Shown: positions 41,173 through 51,244 of the stretch, piece by piece | How the letters are laid out: each line of letters starts with the position of its first letter | Position numbering within the stretch: position 1 is the stretch's first letter | Assembly: GCA_038206475.1 (NCBI GenBank) | Contig: JBBRAU010000003.1 | Location: 13,852-77,851, forward strand | Direction: 5' to 3' | DNA length: 64,000 nt | Origin: Patescibacteria group bacterium | GTDB lineage: Bacteria > Patescibacteriota > UBA1384 > JBBRAU01 | The notes under the pieces: model-generated | What the model was told of the DNA's origin: nothing | What the model saw: only the letters and a program-made list of their open reading frames with translations | Databases searched by the model: none | Program-made: the position numbers and the translations under genes

Positions 41173-42639
41173 ATGCCGCGTTTTAAACCAGATAAGCGTA
41201 CGGAGATTCCACAGTCGCCGGGTGTGTACGGCTTTTTTGATACGGCCGCTCATTTGCTGTACATCGGCAAAGCCAAGAACTTGCGCGACCGCGTTAAAAG
41301 TTACTTTGCTAAAACGGTTGAGCGCGGGCCGCAGGTGCTGGAGATGCTACCCAAAATTGCCAGCATTTTGATTGAAGAGACCGATTCTGAGATTGAAGCG
41401 CTGCTCTTGGAGGCGCGTTTAGTGCGCCAACTGCAGCCCGAGGCCAATACCCAGCTTAAAGATGCCAAGAGTTTTTTGGTACTGGCATTGTTTGACGGTG
41501 ACTTTCCTAGTCTGCAATTTATCCGTCAGCGTGACCTGGAGGCGGCGCGGGCGGGCAAGCTGTACGGTCAAAAAATTAAAGAAACGTACGGGCCATTTTT
41601 GCAACCGGGCCAGGTGCGCGCCGCCATGAAAGTTATCCGTAAAATTCTGCCCTACCGCGACTGTTCACCGAGCAAGTTTGAAACCTACAGAAAAGCCGGC
41701 CGACCCTGTCTGTACGGCTTCTTGAAGCTCTGTCCGGCGCCGTGCGTAGGCCGCATCGAGCGCGCTGAGTACTTGGGACGCATTCGCCAGCTTGACCGCA
41801 TGCTGCTCGGCAAAAAGGAGTTGGTCAAAAAAATGCTCGAGAAGGAGATGCAGCGGGCGTCTAGGCGTAAACAGTTTGAGCTGGCCGCTCGTCTGCGCGA
41901 TCAGGCCCGCGGTCTGGACCACCTGCGCGAAGTGTCGCTCTTAGAGTCAGAGCGAGCCATCCCGGACCAGCCGACGCTCAGAACCGAAGCATTTGATATT
42001 TCGCTGACTTCCGGTACCAACGCAGTCGGCAGTATGGTCGTCTACACCAACGACAAGCCAAATCACAGCCAGTACCGCCGCTTTCGCATCAAGGGTAGCA
42101 GCACCGAGGGGGATTTAAAGATGATGCAGGAGGTGCTGACACGCCGACTGCAGCGCTGCACACGAACAGAGGACAAAGTGTGTTGGCCGCTACCCGGATT
42201 GTGGCTAATAGATGGCGGCCGCGAGCATTTGAAGATAGCTGAAGCGGTTGTCCGCCAATTTGAATACGACATTCCGGTCATGGCGGTGGCTAAAGGGCCG
42301 GAGCGTAAGAAAGCTGAGGTGTTTTACTCTGATGAAGGCCGCATTCGGCGTCTGACACAAGCCTTTGATTTTGACAAATTTGTCCGTGGCCTGCGCGACG
42401 AAGCGCACCGCTTTGCCATCACCTATCATCGCAATATCCGCAGCAAAAAGAGCTTTAGTTCGCTCTTTGACCAAATTCCGGGCATTGGTCCGGCCAGTCG
42501 GCGAGCGCTGTTGATGCATTTTGGCTCCGCCATGGCGGTGCACCGGGCCAGTGAAGCCGAGCTAGCCAAAGTGGTTGGTCCGGCCAAAGCCAAGACTGTC
42601 TGCCAGTACCTAGCGGCCGAGGCAGCGCAGTCGTCGTAG
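41173..42639 (+). CDS. uvrC: Excinuclease ABC subunit C
   Basis: GIY-YIG (PGVY...YIGKAKNLRDRV), UVR domain, EAFDIS, LIDGG, RDEAHRFA and HhH motifs. Confidence 0.95.
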   Translation: MPRFKPDKRTEIPQSPGVYGFFDTAAHLLYIGKAKNLRDRVKSYFAKTVERGPQVLEMLPKIASILIEETDSEIEALLLEARLVRQLQPEANTQLKDAKSFLVLALFDGDFPSLQFIRQRDLEAARAGKLYGQKIKETYGPFLQPGQVRAAMKVIRKILPYRDCSPSKFETYRKAGRPCLYGFLKLCPAPCVGRIERAEYLGRIRQLDRMLLGKKELVKKMLEKEMQRASRRKQFELAARLRDQARGLDHLREVSLLESERAIPDQPTLRTEAFDISLTSGTNAVGSMVVYTNDKPNHSQYRRFRIKGSSTEGDLKMMQEVLTRRLQRCTRTEDKVCWPLPGLWLIDGGREHLKIAEAVVRQFEYDIPVMAVAKGPERKKAEVFYSDEGRIRRLTQAFDFDKFVRGLRDEAHRFAITYHRNIRSKKSFSSLFDQIPGIGPASRRALLMHFGSAMAVHRASEAELAKVVGPAKAKTVCQYLAAEAAQSS

Positions 42640-42704
42640 CCAACCATGTGCTATCCTAAAGGGAGAATAGAATAAGGTAGAACCTGGGGGTAACAAGGAG
42701 GCTG

Positions 42705-43418
42705 CTGAAACCGCTGATTGTGGCTAATTGGAAGGCGTACCCAACCGTGGCCGATGCTATGGTGCAGGTGCATGCCTTGTCGCAAGCCCGCGAGAAGCTC
42801 GCTGGGGTCAGTTTGGTACTCTGTCCGTCCGCGCCGCTGTTGCCGCTGCTGCAGCTGGAGTTGGCACCGAGGCCAGCTGATATCGCTCTCGGGGCGCAGG
42901 ATGTCAGTGCCGAGTCGGCCGGTAACCGCACCGGCGAAATTGAGGCGACACTTTTAGCTACCTGGTGCCGCTACGCTATTATTGGCCACTCTGAGCGTCG
43001 GCAGTACCAGGTTGAAACCGATGAGATTATTAGTCGTAAGTTGCAACAAGCGCAATCCGCCGGGCTGACGCCGCTGTTGTGTGTTGGTGAACAGACGCAA
43101 GGGCCGGAGGCAGCCGCGGTCGTCGTGGCTCAAGCCGAGGCGGTGCTCCGCCCGTTGGCGCCTGCGCCGCAGATTATCTTTGCCTACGAGCCGATTTGGG
43201 CGATTGGGGCGGCCGAGCCGGCCTCCGCTGACTATGCCCAGATGATTTTGCAGGCTTTGCTGGCAAAATGGCCACAGTCATTTGTGCTCTATGGCGGCGC
43301 GGTAACTGCCACCACCGCCAGGCAGTATCTAGACGTAGGCTTTGCCGGTTTGCTGCTTGGTCGCGCCTCCTTAAAAACCAGCGATTTGTTGGCGGTCATT
43401 GATGCAGTCCGTCACTGA
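42705..43418 (+). CDS. tpiA: Triosephosphate isomerase (start codon uncertain)
   Basis: KPLIVANWK, IGHSERR, AYEPIWAIG and YGG motifs; the first canonical start (GTG 42720) falls inside the conserved strand. Confidence 0.92.
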   Translation: MKPLIVANWKAYPTVADAMVQVHALSQAREKLAGVSLVLCPSAPLLPLLQLELAPRPADIALGAQDVSAESAGNRTGEIEATLLATWCRYAIIGHSERRQYQVETDEIISRKLQQAQSAGLTPLLCVGEQTQGPEAAAVVVAQAEAVLRPLAPAPQIIFAYEPIWAIGAAEPASADYAQMILQALLAKWPQSFVLYGGAVTATTARQYLDVGFAGLLLGRASLKTSDLLAVIDAVRH

Positions 43419-44547
43419 GCTGCATGATTTGCGCGGCAAGCGCGTGCTGCTGCGGGCTGACTTAAACGTACCGCTCACACCTGGCCGTGGCGGCCGCCAA
43501 ATGGTGCGCTCCAGCTTTCGGATCAAGCAAATTCTGCCAACCCTGCAACTCTTGCTGCAGCGCGGTGCCAGCGTCGTTGTCCTGTCGCACTTCGGCCGGC
43601 CAGCGGGTAAAGTTGACCGCAGTCTGTCCCTAAAACCGGTCGCTGAAACGTTGGCTGAACTGCTCAATCGGGCCGTGCCCTGGACTGATCACGTCATGTC
43701 GATGGCGGTGCGCCGGCAAGTGGGTGCGCTGAAACCAGGGCAGCTCTGCCTGCTCGGTAATTTGCGCTTTCTGCCGGGAGAAGAGAAGCCAAGCAAAAGG
43801 CTAGCCCATGAATTGGCCGAGCTCGGTGACGTCTATGTTAACGACGCCTTCTCCGTTTGCCACCGCGCTCATATGTCGGTGGTGCTGTTGCCAAAATTAC
43901 TGCCGGCTTACGCTGGCCTGCAGCTTGAAAAAGAGACGCAGCTGCTCGGCCAGCTCAAAACCGCCCCGCGGCGGCCGTTTGTGCTCATACTGGGTGGTGC
44001 TAAGCTTGTAGATAAAATTCCGCTCATGCGGCACCTGCTGCCACAAGCCGATGCGGTCATTTTGGGCGGCGGTATTGCCAACACCTTTTTAGCGGCCTCG
44101 GGTGAACCGGTTTCACGGTCGCTGACCGAGCCGAACGATTTTGCCCTGGCCCGCCGGCTGCTCAAGCAATATCGGCATAAGTTGCACTTGCCAGTTGACT
44201 GGCTAACCGACCGGCCTTCGGCCAACACCTTTCGCATTTTAGATCTTGGTCCGCTGTCCCTCTCCCGCATTCGGCCACTCGTGTCGGAGGCGGCGGATAT
44301 TTTCTGGAACGGTGACCTCGGTTTGGTAGAAGACGACCGTTTTTCCGGCTCCACACGTCAAGTTGGCCAGTGGCTGGCCAAACACTCTGCCCACGCCCGG
44401 ACGATTGTTTCTGGCGGTGACACTACCGGCTTTCTCGATCAAGAACACCTGCTTGGGCAAATGAGCTTTGTCTCAACCGGCGGCGGCGCGACACTGGCCT
44501 ATCTCGCCGGCCAACCGATGCCAGGCCTTGCCTCGTTAGACGCCTAA
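43402..44547 (+). CDS. pgk: Phosphoglycerate kinase
   Basis: LRADLNVP, SHFGRP, YVNDAF..HRAH, GGAK, GGDT and STGGGA motifs. Confidence 0.96.
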   Translation: MQSVTELHDLRGKRVLLRADLNVPLTPGRGGRQMVRSSFRIKQILPTLQLLLQRGASVVVLSHFGRPAGKVDRSLSLKPVAETLAELLNRAVPWTDHVMSMAVRRQVGALKPGQLCLLGNLRFLPGEEKPSKRLAHELAELGDVYVNDAFSVCHRAHMSVVLLPKLLPAYAGLQLEKETQLLGQLKTAPRRPFVLILGGAKLVDKIPLMRHLLPQADAVILGGGIANTFLAASGEPVSRSLTEPNDFALARRLLKQYRHKLHLPVDWLTDRPSANTFRILDLGPLSLSRIRPLVSEAADIFWNGDLGLVEDDRFSGSTRQVGQWLAKHSAHARTIVSGGDTTGFLDQEHLLGQMSFVSTGGGATLAYLAGQPMPGLASLDA

Positions 44548-44640
44548 CAACCTTCCACTTTTTTGACCGCTCTGCTAATGTCAAGTGAACTTGACACAGC
44601 AGTCGGTTGTTTTTGTATTGGCATAAGACAAAAGGAACAC

Positions 44641-45861
44641 ATGACGATTACCGATATCACCTACAGTACGGAGACTTTGCCCAAAAGCCGCGTTAAAATT
44701 ACCGCCAGCGTGTCGACCGAGGTGATGGCGGCCGAGAGCGAGCAGGTGGCTGAGGCGCTGGCCACCCAGGTCAAAGCGCCTGGCTTTCGGCCAGGCAAAG
44801 TGCCTAAGGATATCGCTATGCGCGAGCTTGGCCCAGAGCGCATTCGGGCAGCGGTGCTGGAGACGATTCTGCCGGGATTGTACCGCTTAGTCGTTGAAGC
44901 CGACAAGCTGCGCATTATCGGCCAACCAACCATTGACGTGCAGGAGATCGGTGCCGGCAAGCCGTTGCGCTGCACTATTGAAGTTGATGTGTTGCCTGAG
45001 GTTCAGTTGGCTGATTACACACGCATTCGCGTGCCTGCCGAGCCGATTACTGTGACACCGGAGATGGCCGAGGAGGCACTGATCTCGCTTCGGCGCGAGC
45101 GGGCCAAAATTGCCGCGGTTGACCGCGGGGCTGAAAAAGGCGACCGCATCGAGATTACCTTCACTGGCCGCGAGGACGGTGTCGCCCTTGAGCAGTTGTC
45201 CAGTCAAAACTACCCGTTCATTCTCGGCGAGGGTCAACTGGTGCCAGGTTTTGAAGATCAACTCATTGGTTTGAAACGCGGTGAGTCGAAAATCTTTACC
45301 CTAACTTTGCCGAAAGAAAAAATGCCCAAAGATTTAGCCGGCAAGACGGTAGAATTTACGGTCGCGGTCAGTGAGCTGCAATCGGTTGAGCTGCCGGAGG
45401 TGGATGACCAGTTTGCCGTCAGTTGGGGCGCTAGCTCGGCCGCTGACCTCAAGGCTAAATTGCAAATTCAACTGGAGAAGCAGGCAGCGGACGCCTCACG
45501 CGAGGCGCAGGATGCAAAAATTCTCGACCAATTGCTGGAGAAAACGACGACCGAGGTCCCAGCATCGCTCGTGACCGAAGAGATTGCCCGCACTAAGCAT
45601 GATCTAGCAGAGCAAGTCGCACGACAAGGTTTGAAATTTGAGGATTATCTCTTGATGATCAAGCAAACCGAAGACAGCTTAACCGTCCAGCTGACACCGC
45701 AAGCCGAGCGGCGCGTCAAAATTGGTCTAGCCTTGGCGAAAGTGGCAGAACAAGAGAAGATATCAGTATCTGAGCAGACCGATTTAGTGCAAGTCATTGA
45801 ACGGTTGCGCCAGATTGCCGAAGAAGGCGATAATAACCCGAAGGAGAAACGTGAATCCTGA
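44641..45861 (+). CDS. tig: Trigger factor
   Basis: PGFRPGKVP motif and FKBP domain ([11 protein letters not shown]); precedes clpP. Confidence 0.95.
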   Translation: MTITDITYSTETLPKSRVKITASVSTEVMAAESEQVAEALATQVKAPGFRPGKVPKDIAMRELGPERIRAAVLETILPGLYRLVVEADKLRIIGQPTIDVQEIGAGKPLRCTIEVDVLPEVQLADYTRIRVPAEPITVTPEMAEEALISLRRERAKIAAVDRGAEKGDRIEITFTGREDGVALEQLSSQNYPFILGEGQLVPGFEDQLIGLKRGESKIFTLTLPKEKMPKDLAGKTVEFTVAVSELQSVELPEVDDQFAVSWGASSAADLKAKLQIQLEKQAADASREAQDAKILDQLLEKTTTEVPASLVTEEIARTKHDLAEQVARQGLKFEDYLLMIKQTEDSLTVQLTPQAERRVKIGLALAKVAEQEKISVSEQTDLVQVIERLRQIAEEGDNNPKEKRES

Positions 45862-45904
45862 TACGTCTCACGGCCAAAGCAAACTAACCAAAACACTACT
45901 GAAT

Positions 45905-46549
45905 ATGGAAAGTTCCTACTTAGTGCCGATGGTGATTGAAAAATCGCAGTATGGTGAGCGGGCCTACGACATTTACTCTCGTTTACTGCGCGAACGCATT
46001 ATCTTCCTCGGCGGGCCGGTTGATGATGGCATGGCCAACGTCATTATTGCTCAGCTGTTGTTTTTAGAGTCAGAAGACCCTAAAGCCGATGTGCAAATTT
46101 ACATCAATAGTCCGGGCGGCAGCGTCTCTGCTGGCCTGGCTATTTATGACACCATGACATACATCAAGCCAGACGTTTCAACAATCTGCATCGGTATGGC
46201 CGCCTCGATGGGCGCGTTCCTGCTGGCTGGCGGCCAAAAAGGCAAGCGCTTTGCCTTGCCGAACGCCAAAATCTTAATTCACCAGGTGATGGGTGGTGCC
46301 GAAGGCCAGGCGACCGAAATCGACATCCAGGCGCGCGAAATTTTGCGGGTCCGTGAGCAATTAAATCAGATTTTAGCCGAAAACACTGGCCAACCAATGG
46401 CTAAAATTGCCCGTGATACCGAGCGGGACTACTACATGACCGCCGAGGAGGCCAAGCAGTACGGCGTCATCGACCATATTATTAGCCGGACGGGCGAAAT
46501 GACCACCGAACCGGACAAGAAGTCGGCCGGTCGAAAGGGCAAGAAATGA
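45905..46549 (+). CDS. clpP: ATP-dependent Clp protease proteolytic subunit
   Basis: [22 protein letters not shown] and IHQ motifs. Confidence 0.97.
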   Translation: MESSYLVPMVIEKSQYGERAYDIYSRLLRERIIFLGGPVDDGMANVIIAQLLFLESEDPKADVQIYINSPGGSVSAGLAIYDTMTYIKPDVSTICIGMAASMGAFLLAGGQKGKRFALPNAKILIHQVMGGAEGQATEIDIQAREILRVREQLNQILAENTGQPMAKIARDTERDYYMTAEEAKQYGVIDHIISRTGEMTTEPDKKSAGRKGKK

Positions 46550-47529
46550 CCGTTGCCGAGTTGTTTGAGCGAGCCATCCGCTCTGGTATAGCCGCCGACC
46601 CGCGTGGACGCGATGGTGTGGTCGCTGCCCTCAGGCGCGAACGTAAACAGTACGACGGGCTTGGCCGCCACGATCGTGATGTGTTTGACGAGGAGCGCCT
46701 GACGAATCCATACGCTGATTCGCGGCTCTTGACCGGTGACGCTGCAAAAACCGTCAAGCGTATGCTCGTTGGCATTGATATTCATCCGGCCGAGGTGTTG
46801 CTGTCGGCTGAACTTGAGCGCCGCGGTCAGCCGATTGATCTGATTGTGGCCCACCATCCGGAGGGTAAAGGCTTGGCCGCATTGGACCAGGTGATGGATT
46901 TACAGACCGATGTTTTTGCTGAACAAGGCGTGCCAATAAACATCGCACACGCTTTGATGAGAAAGCGAATGGGACAGGTAGCGCGCGGACTGTCGCCGGA
47001 AAATCACCACCAATCAGTCGATGCGGCAGCGTTACTTGGATACACCTTTCTGTGTTTGCACACGCCGGCCGATAACCGCGCCTGGCGCTTTATGCAGCAG
47101 CTACTTGACCGGCACGCCGCCGAAACAGTCGCCGAAGTGGTTGAGGCCATTCAGCAGGTGCCGGAGTATGAGCAAGCTGCCCTGCGTGGTACGCCAGTGC
47201 AAGTGGTGGTTGGCTCGCCGGACAGTAGAACCGGAAAAACCGTCGCCCTCGAATTTACCGGCGGCACCAACTTTGGCAAGGAGATGTACGAACATCTGGC
47301 CCGCGCTGGCGTTGGTACCATCATTTCGATGCACATGCGCGAAGAGCATCGGGATGAGGCCGAGAAAAACCATATCAATGTCATCATTGCACCGCACATG
47401 GCCTCCGATTCGTTGGGTATGAATCTTTTGCTTGATGAATTTAGTCAGGCGGGGATAGAGGTCGTCCCGTGCTCTGGCTTTATTCGCGTCGAGCGCAAAC
47501 GCCGCGGCCGCAAACCGCGCAGCAAGTAA
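46546..47529 (+). CDS. NIF3-like metal-binding protein
   Basis: NPYADSR, AHHPEG, HTPADN and [10 protein letters not shown] motifs. Confidence 0.85.
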   Translation: MTVAELFERAIRSGIAADPRGRDGVVAALRRERKQYDGLGRHDRDVFDEERLTNPYADSRLLTGDAAKTVKRMLVGIDIHPAEVLLSAELERRGQPIDLIVAHHPEGKGLAALDQVMDLQTDVFAEQGVPINIAHALMRKRMGQVARGLSPENHHQSVDAAALLGYTFLCLHTPADNRAWRFMQQLLDRHAAETVAEVVEAIQQVPEYEQAALRGTPVQVVVGSPDSRTGKTVALEFTGGTNFGKEMYEHLARAGVGTIISMHMREEHRDEAEKNHINVIIAPHMASDSLGMNLLLDEFSQAGIEVVPCSGFIRVERKRRGRKPRSK

Positions 47530-47547
47530 TTTGCAGCCCAAAATAAT

Positions 47548-47573
47548 AACCGCGCCGATGAAGGCGCGGTTTT
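47548..47573. terminator. Bidirectional terminator
   Basis: aaccgcgcc-gatgaa-ggcgcggtttt between convergent genes. Confidence 0.75.
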
Positions 47574-47584
47574 GGGGTCGACGG

Positions 47585-48184
47585 TTAGAAGCCGAGCCAG
47601 GTGAGGGCCAGCAGGAGATCACGCAGCCGTTTACTGTCATGTCCGCCTGCAAGCGGCTTCTCGCGCAGGTGAATCGCTGCCTCGGCTAGCGACAGATTGA
47701 GCATGTCGTGGCGTTTAAGCAGACGCTCACTAGACGCTCGCATTTTCAATGCTTGGAACACAGAAGGCGAGTCGCCTCGGTAGGGTTGAGGCTGCACCTG
47801 CCGCTCCAGGCAGTGCTTGGCGAGTTGAATCAGTGCGGTCGGACCGAAACCTTTTGTGGCGCGCATGAGCTCAAGCAGTTCATTCGCCGTGAGCTGTTGA
47901 ATCGGCGCGAGATCTTCCGGACTGTGCAGAACTCCTTGCTCAACGAGGTGTATTAATCCCCACTGGGCATAGGCATTGTCGCACGGAAATCGAAGCATGA
48001 GACGATAGTTGCGTTCAGATTGATTGATCGTCGCGACGACCGCCTGTCCAAAACGCCAGTTGTCGAGCAAATCTACCACCTGCCGAACAGTTTTTTGCCC
48101 CTCTTCACAGGAGGGATTGACGCACTGGCGGCGAGTATATGGCTCACCGCAGACAGCACAGGTTATTGGCCCGTACACGCTCAT
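47585..48184 (-). CDS. Orphan protein: N-terminal Zn-ribbon plus RNAP alpha-CTD-like segments
   Basis: SD GGAGG and own TTGACA promoter; CAVC...CVNPSC; ELLELMRATKGFGPTAL. Confidence 0.6.
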   Translation of the reverse strand: MSVYGPITCAVCGEPYTRRQCVNPSCEEGQKTVRQVVDLLDNWRFGQAVVATINQSERNYRLMLRFPCDNAYAQWGLIHLVEQGVLHSPEDLAPIQQLTANELLELMRATKGFGPTALIQLAKHCLERQVQPQPYRGDSPSVFQALKMRASSERLLKRHDMLNLSLAEAAIHLREKPLAGGHDSKRLRDLLLALTWLGF

Positions 48185-48262
48185 TTCCAGGTACCTCCAG
48201 AGGAAAGACAGAGATACATTGATATATAATATAAGTAGCACATAATGTCAATGTTGTGTGGT

Positions 48263-48300
48263 TAAAAATGCACTCCCTGGTCAGGGAGTGCAGAGTTTTT
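48263..48300 (-). terminator. Terminator between the two minus-strand orphans
   Basis: aaaaa-tgcactccctg/cagggagtgca hairpin. Confidence 0.7.
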
Positions 48301-48876
48301 CTACTGGCCGCGGTAGTAGTTGATCACATGTCGCCACTGCGGAGTGACGCGTTGGCGATTCTTTAAGTTGAGCGTGCCGTAGAGGAGGTCACAGAGAGGT
48401 AGCACGACGTTATAGTTTGACCACTGCTGCTTGTGGTGGATGTAATGGTGGCGCTCCAAGAACTGAAAGAAGCGCTGTCGCTTTAGCCAAACGACGGTGT
48501 GCTGCCAGGTGCCCAGTGGCTGTTCTGGTGGAGTTGTGTGCTGGACTTCATGGAACACCTCATACGCTACGAGACAAAGCAGAGCCGTGAGCATAAAGAC
48601 CACCACATTGATCCAGCCACAGCGCCAGCCGATCAACAGGAACATCGGAGCGTGCATCAGGTATATTTTGGGCATAAACGAGCCGTCGGTCAGTACTTTT
48701 TGTCCGGCCGGGACCCAAAATGTCTTCCAGCTGCGTTCAACATGGTGGTGCAGCGTATGCCGCTCGAAAGCCTGGTGCAGCCAGCGGATGCGGTGGTGCA
48801 TCGGATAACGGTGGACACAGTATTCCAAGTGGCTGTAGTAACAGATCGCGACAACAAACCAGAGAAGATGCTGCAT
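48301..48876 (-). CDS. Fatty acid hydroxylase / sterol desaturase superfamily protein
   Basis: His boxes HRYPMHH, HTLHHH, HEVQH and HHYIHH; C-terminal NYNV...DLLYGT; SD AAGGAG. Confidence 0.85.
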   Translation of the reverse strand: MQHLLWFVVAICYYSHLEYCVHRYPMHHRIRWLHQAFERHTLHHHVERSWKTFWVPAGQKVLTDGSFMPKIYLMHAPMFLLIGWRCGWINVVVFMLTALLCLVAYEVFHEVQHTTPPEQPLGTWQHTVVWLKRQRFFQFLERHHYIHHKQQWSNYNVVLPLCDLLYGTLNLKNRQRVTPQWRHVINYYRGQ

Positions 48877-48949
48877 GTCGGAGCTCCTTGATAGGCGAAA
48901 AAGCAGAAATCGATACAAAGCACCTTTAATGTATCAGATAGAAGTACCG

Positions 48950-48978
48950 TTGACACACGTAGACGAGCATGCTAGTTT
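48950..48978 (+). promoter_or_regulatory. 16S rRNA promoter
   Basis: TTGACA-17-TAGTTT with extended TG. Confidence 0.7.
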
Positions 48979-49204
48979 AGGTAAAGAAGAGCCAACGGAA
49001 GTTGGTTCTCTTAAATGCTCGAACTTGAATAATTTGTATCACACAAACGTATTCAGATCTTCTCCCCGGAGAACTGAATACACCAATAATAGAAGAATCA
49101 AAACATCAGAGTACGGGATCAACACAACATTTTTCTCGGGGTGCCAAAGCATGGTGCTTCTCCGAGCAAACTCTTTGTTTCGCTGGCCGCAAGGTTTGCG
49201 TAAC

Positions 49205-50670
<1,466 letters not shown>

Positions 50671-50807
50671 GGGATATTGCCGCCAGTAATGGATGCTCCT
50701 TCGGGAGACTGTCTGCCAAAGGGTAGACAGTGCTATTCCAGGTCGATCTTGTAGTTGGAAACAGCTACAGGACTCCCGTACTCTGGTGTTTCGATTCTTC
50801 TTCAACA

Positions 50808-50839
50808 AACAAAAACAGCGCTTATGCGCTGTTTTTGTT
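50808..50839 (+). terminator. Terminator after 16S
   Basis: aacaaaaacagcgc-ttat-gcgctgtttttgtt. Confidence 0.75.
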
Positions 50840-50875
50840 GGCGGTGTTCAGTCGGTCATCTGCTAGACTAGGGGA

Positions 50876-51244
50876 GTGATACTAACTGACTGGTTGAGCT
50901 GGTGGTATGGGTCTGGTGTGGCGGAGCTGAAGCTGCGTCTCAAGTTTCTGTTCGTCTCGTTGCTCAATACGTTTAGTGTGCCGGTGCTACTGTCGACCTT
51001 ATTTGACCCATGGCGTCGCGATGAGATGAAAGTCAGCGGCGCGCCGATCAACGTTGAACTGCACGCCGTCTGGATGAATATTATCTCCCGCCTGATCGGT
51101 GCGGTTATCCGTGCCACCACTCTGCTCACCGCTGGCCTGCTTCTACTAATTGCTGCGCTCGTCGGTGCGTTGGCGCTGCTGTTGTGGCTTGGCTGGCCGA
51201 TGTTCGTTTTAATCTGTCTTTGGCAGGTGGTGCGACATGCCTGA
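50876..51244 (+). CDS. Membrane protein coupled to Clp-like ATPase
   Basis: WLSWWY, TLFDPWRRD and ISRLIGAVIR; overlaps the next gene. Confidence 0.8.
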   Translation: MILTDWLSWWYGSGVAELKLRLKFLFVSLLNTFSVPVLLSTLFDPWRRDEMKVSGAPINVELHAVWMNIISRLIGAVIRATTLLTAGLLLLIAALVGALALLLWLGWPMFVLICLWQVVRHA

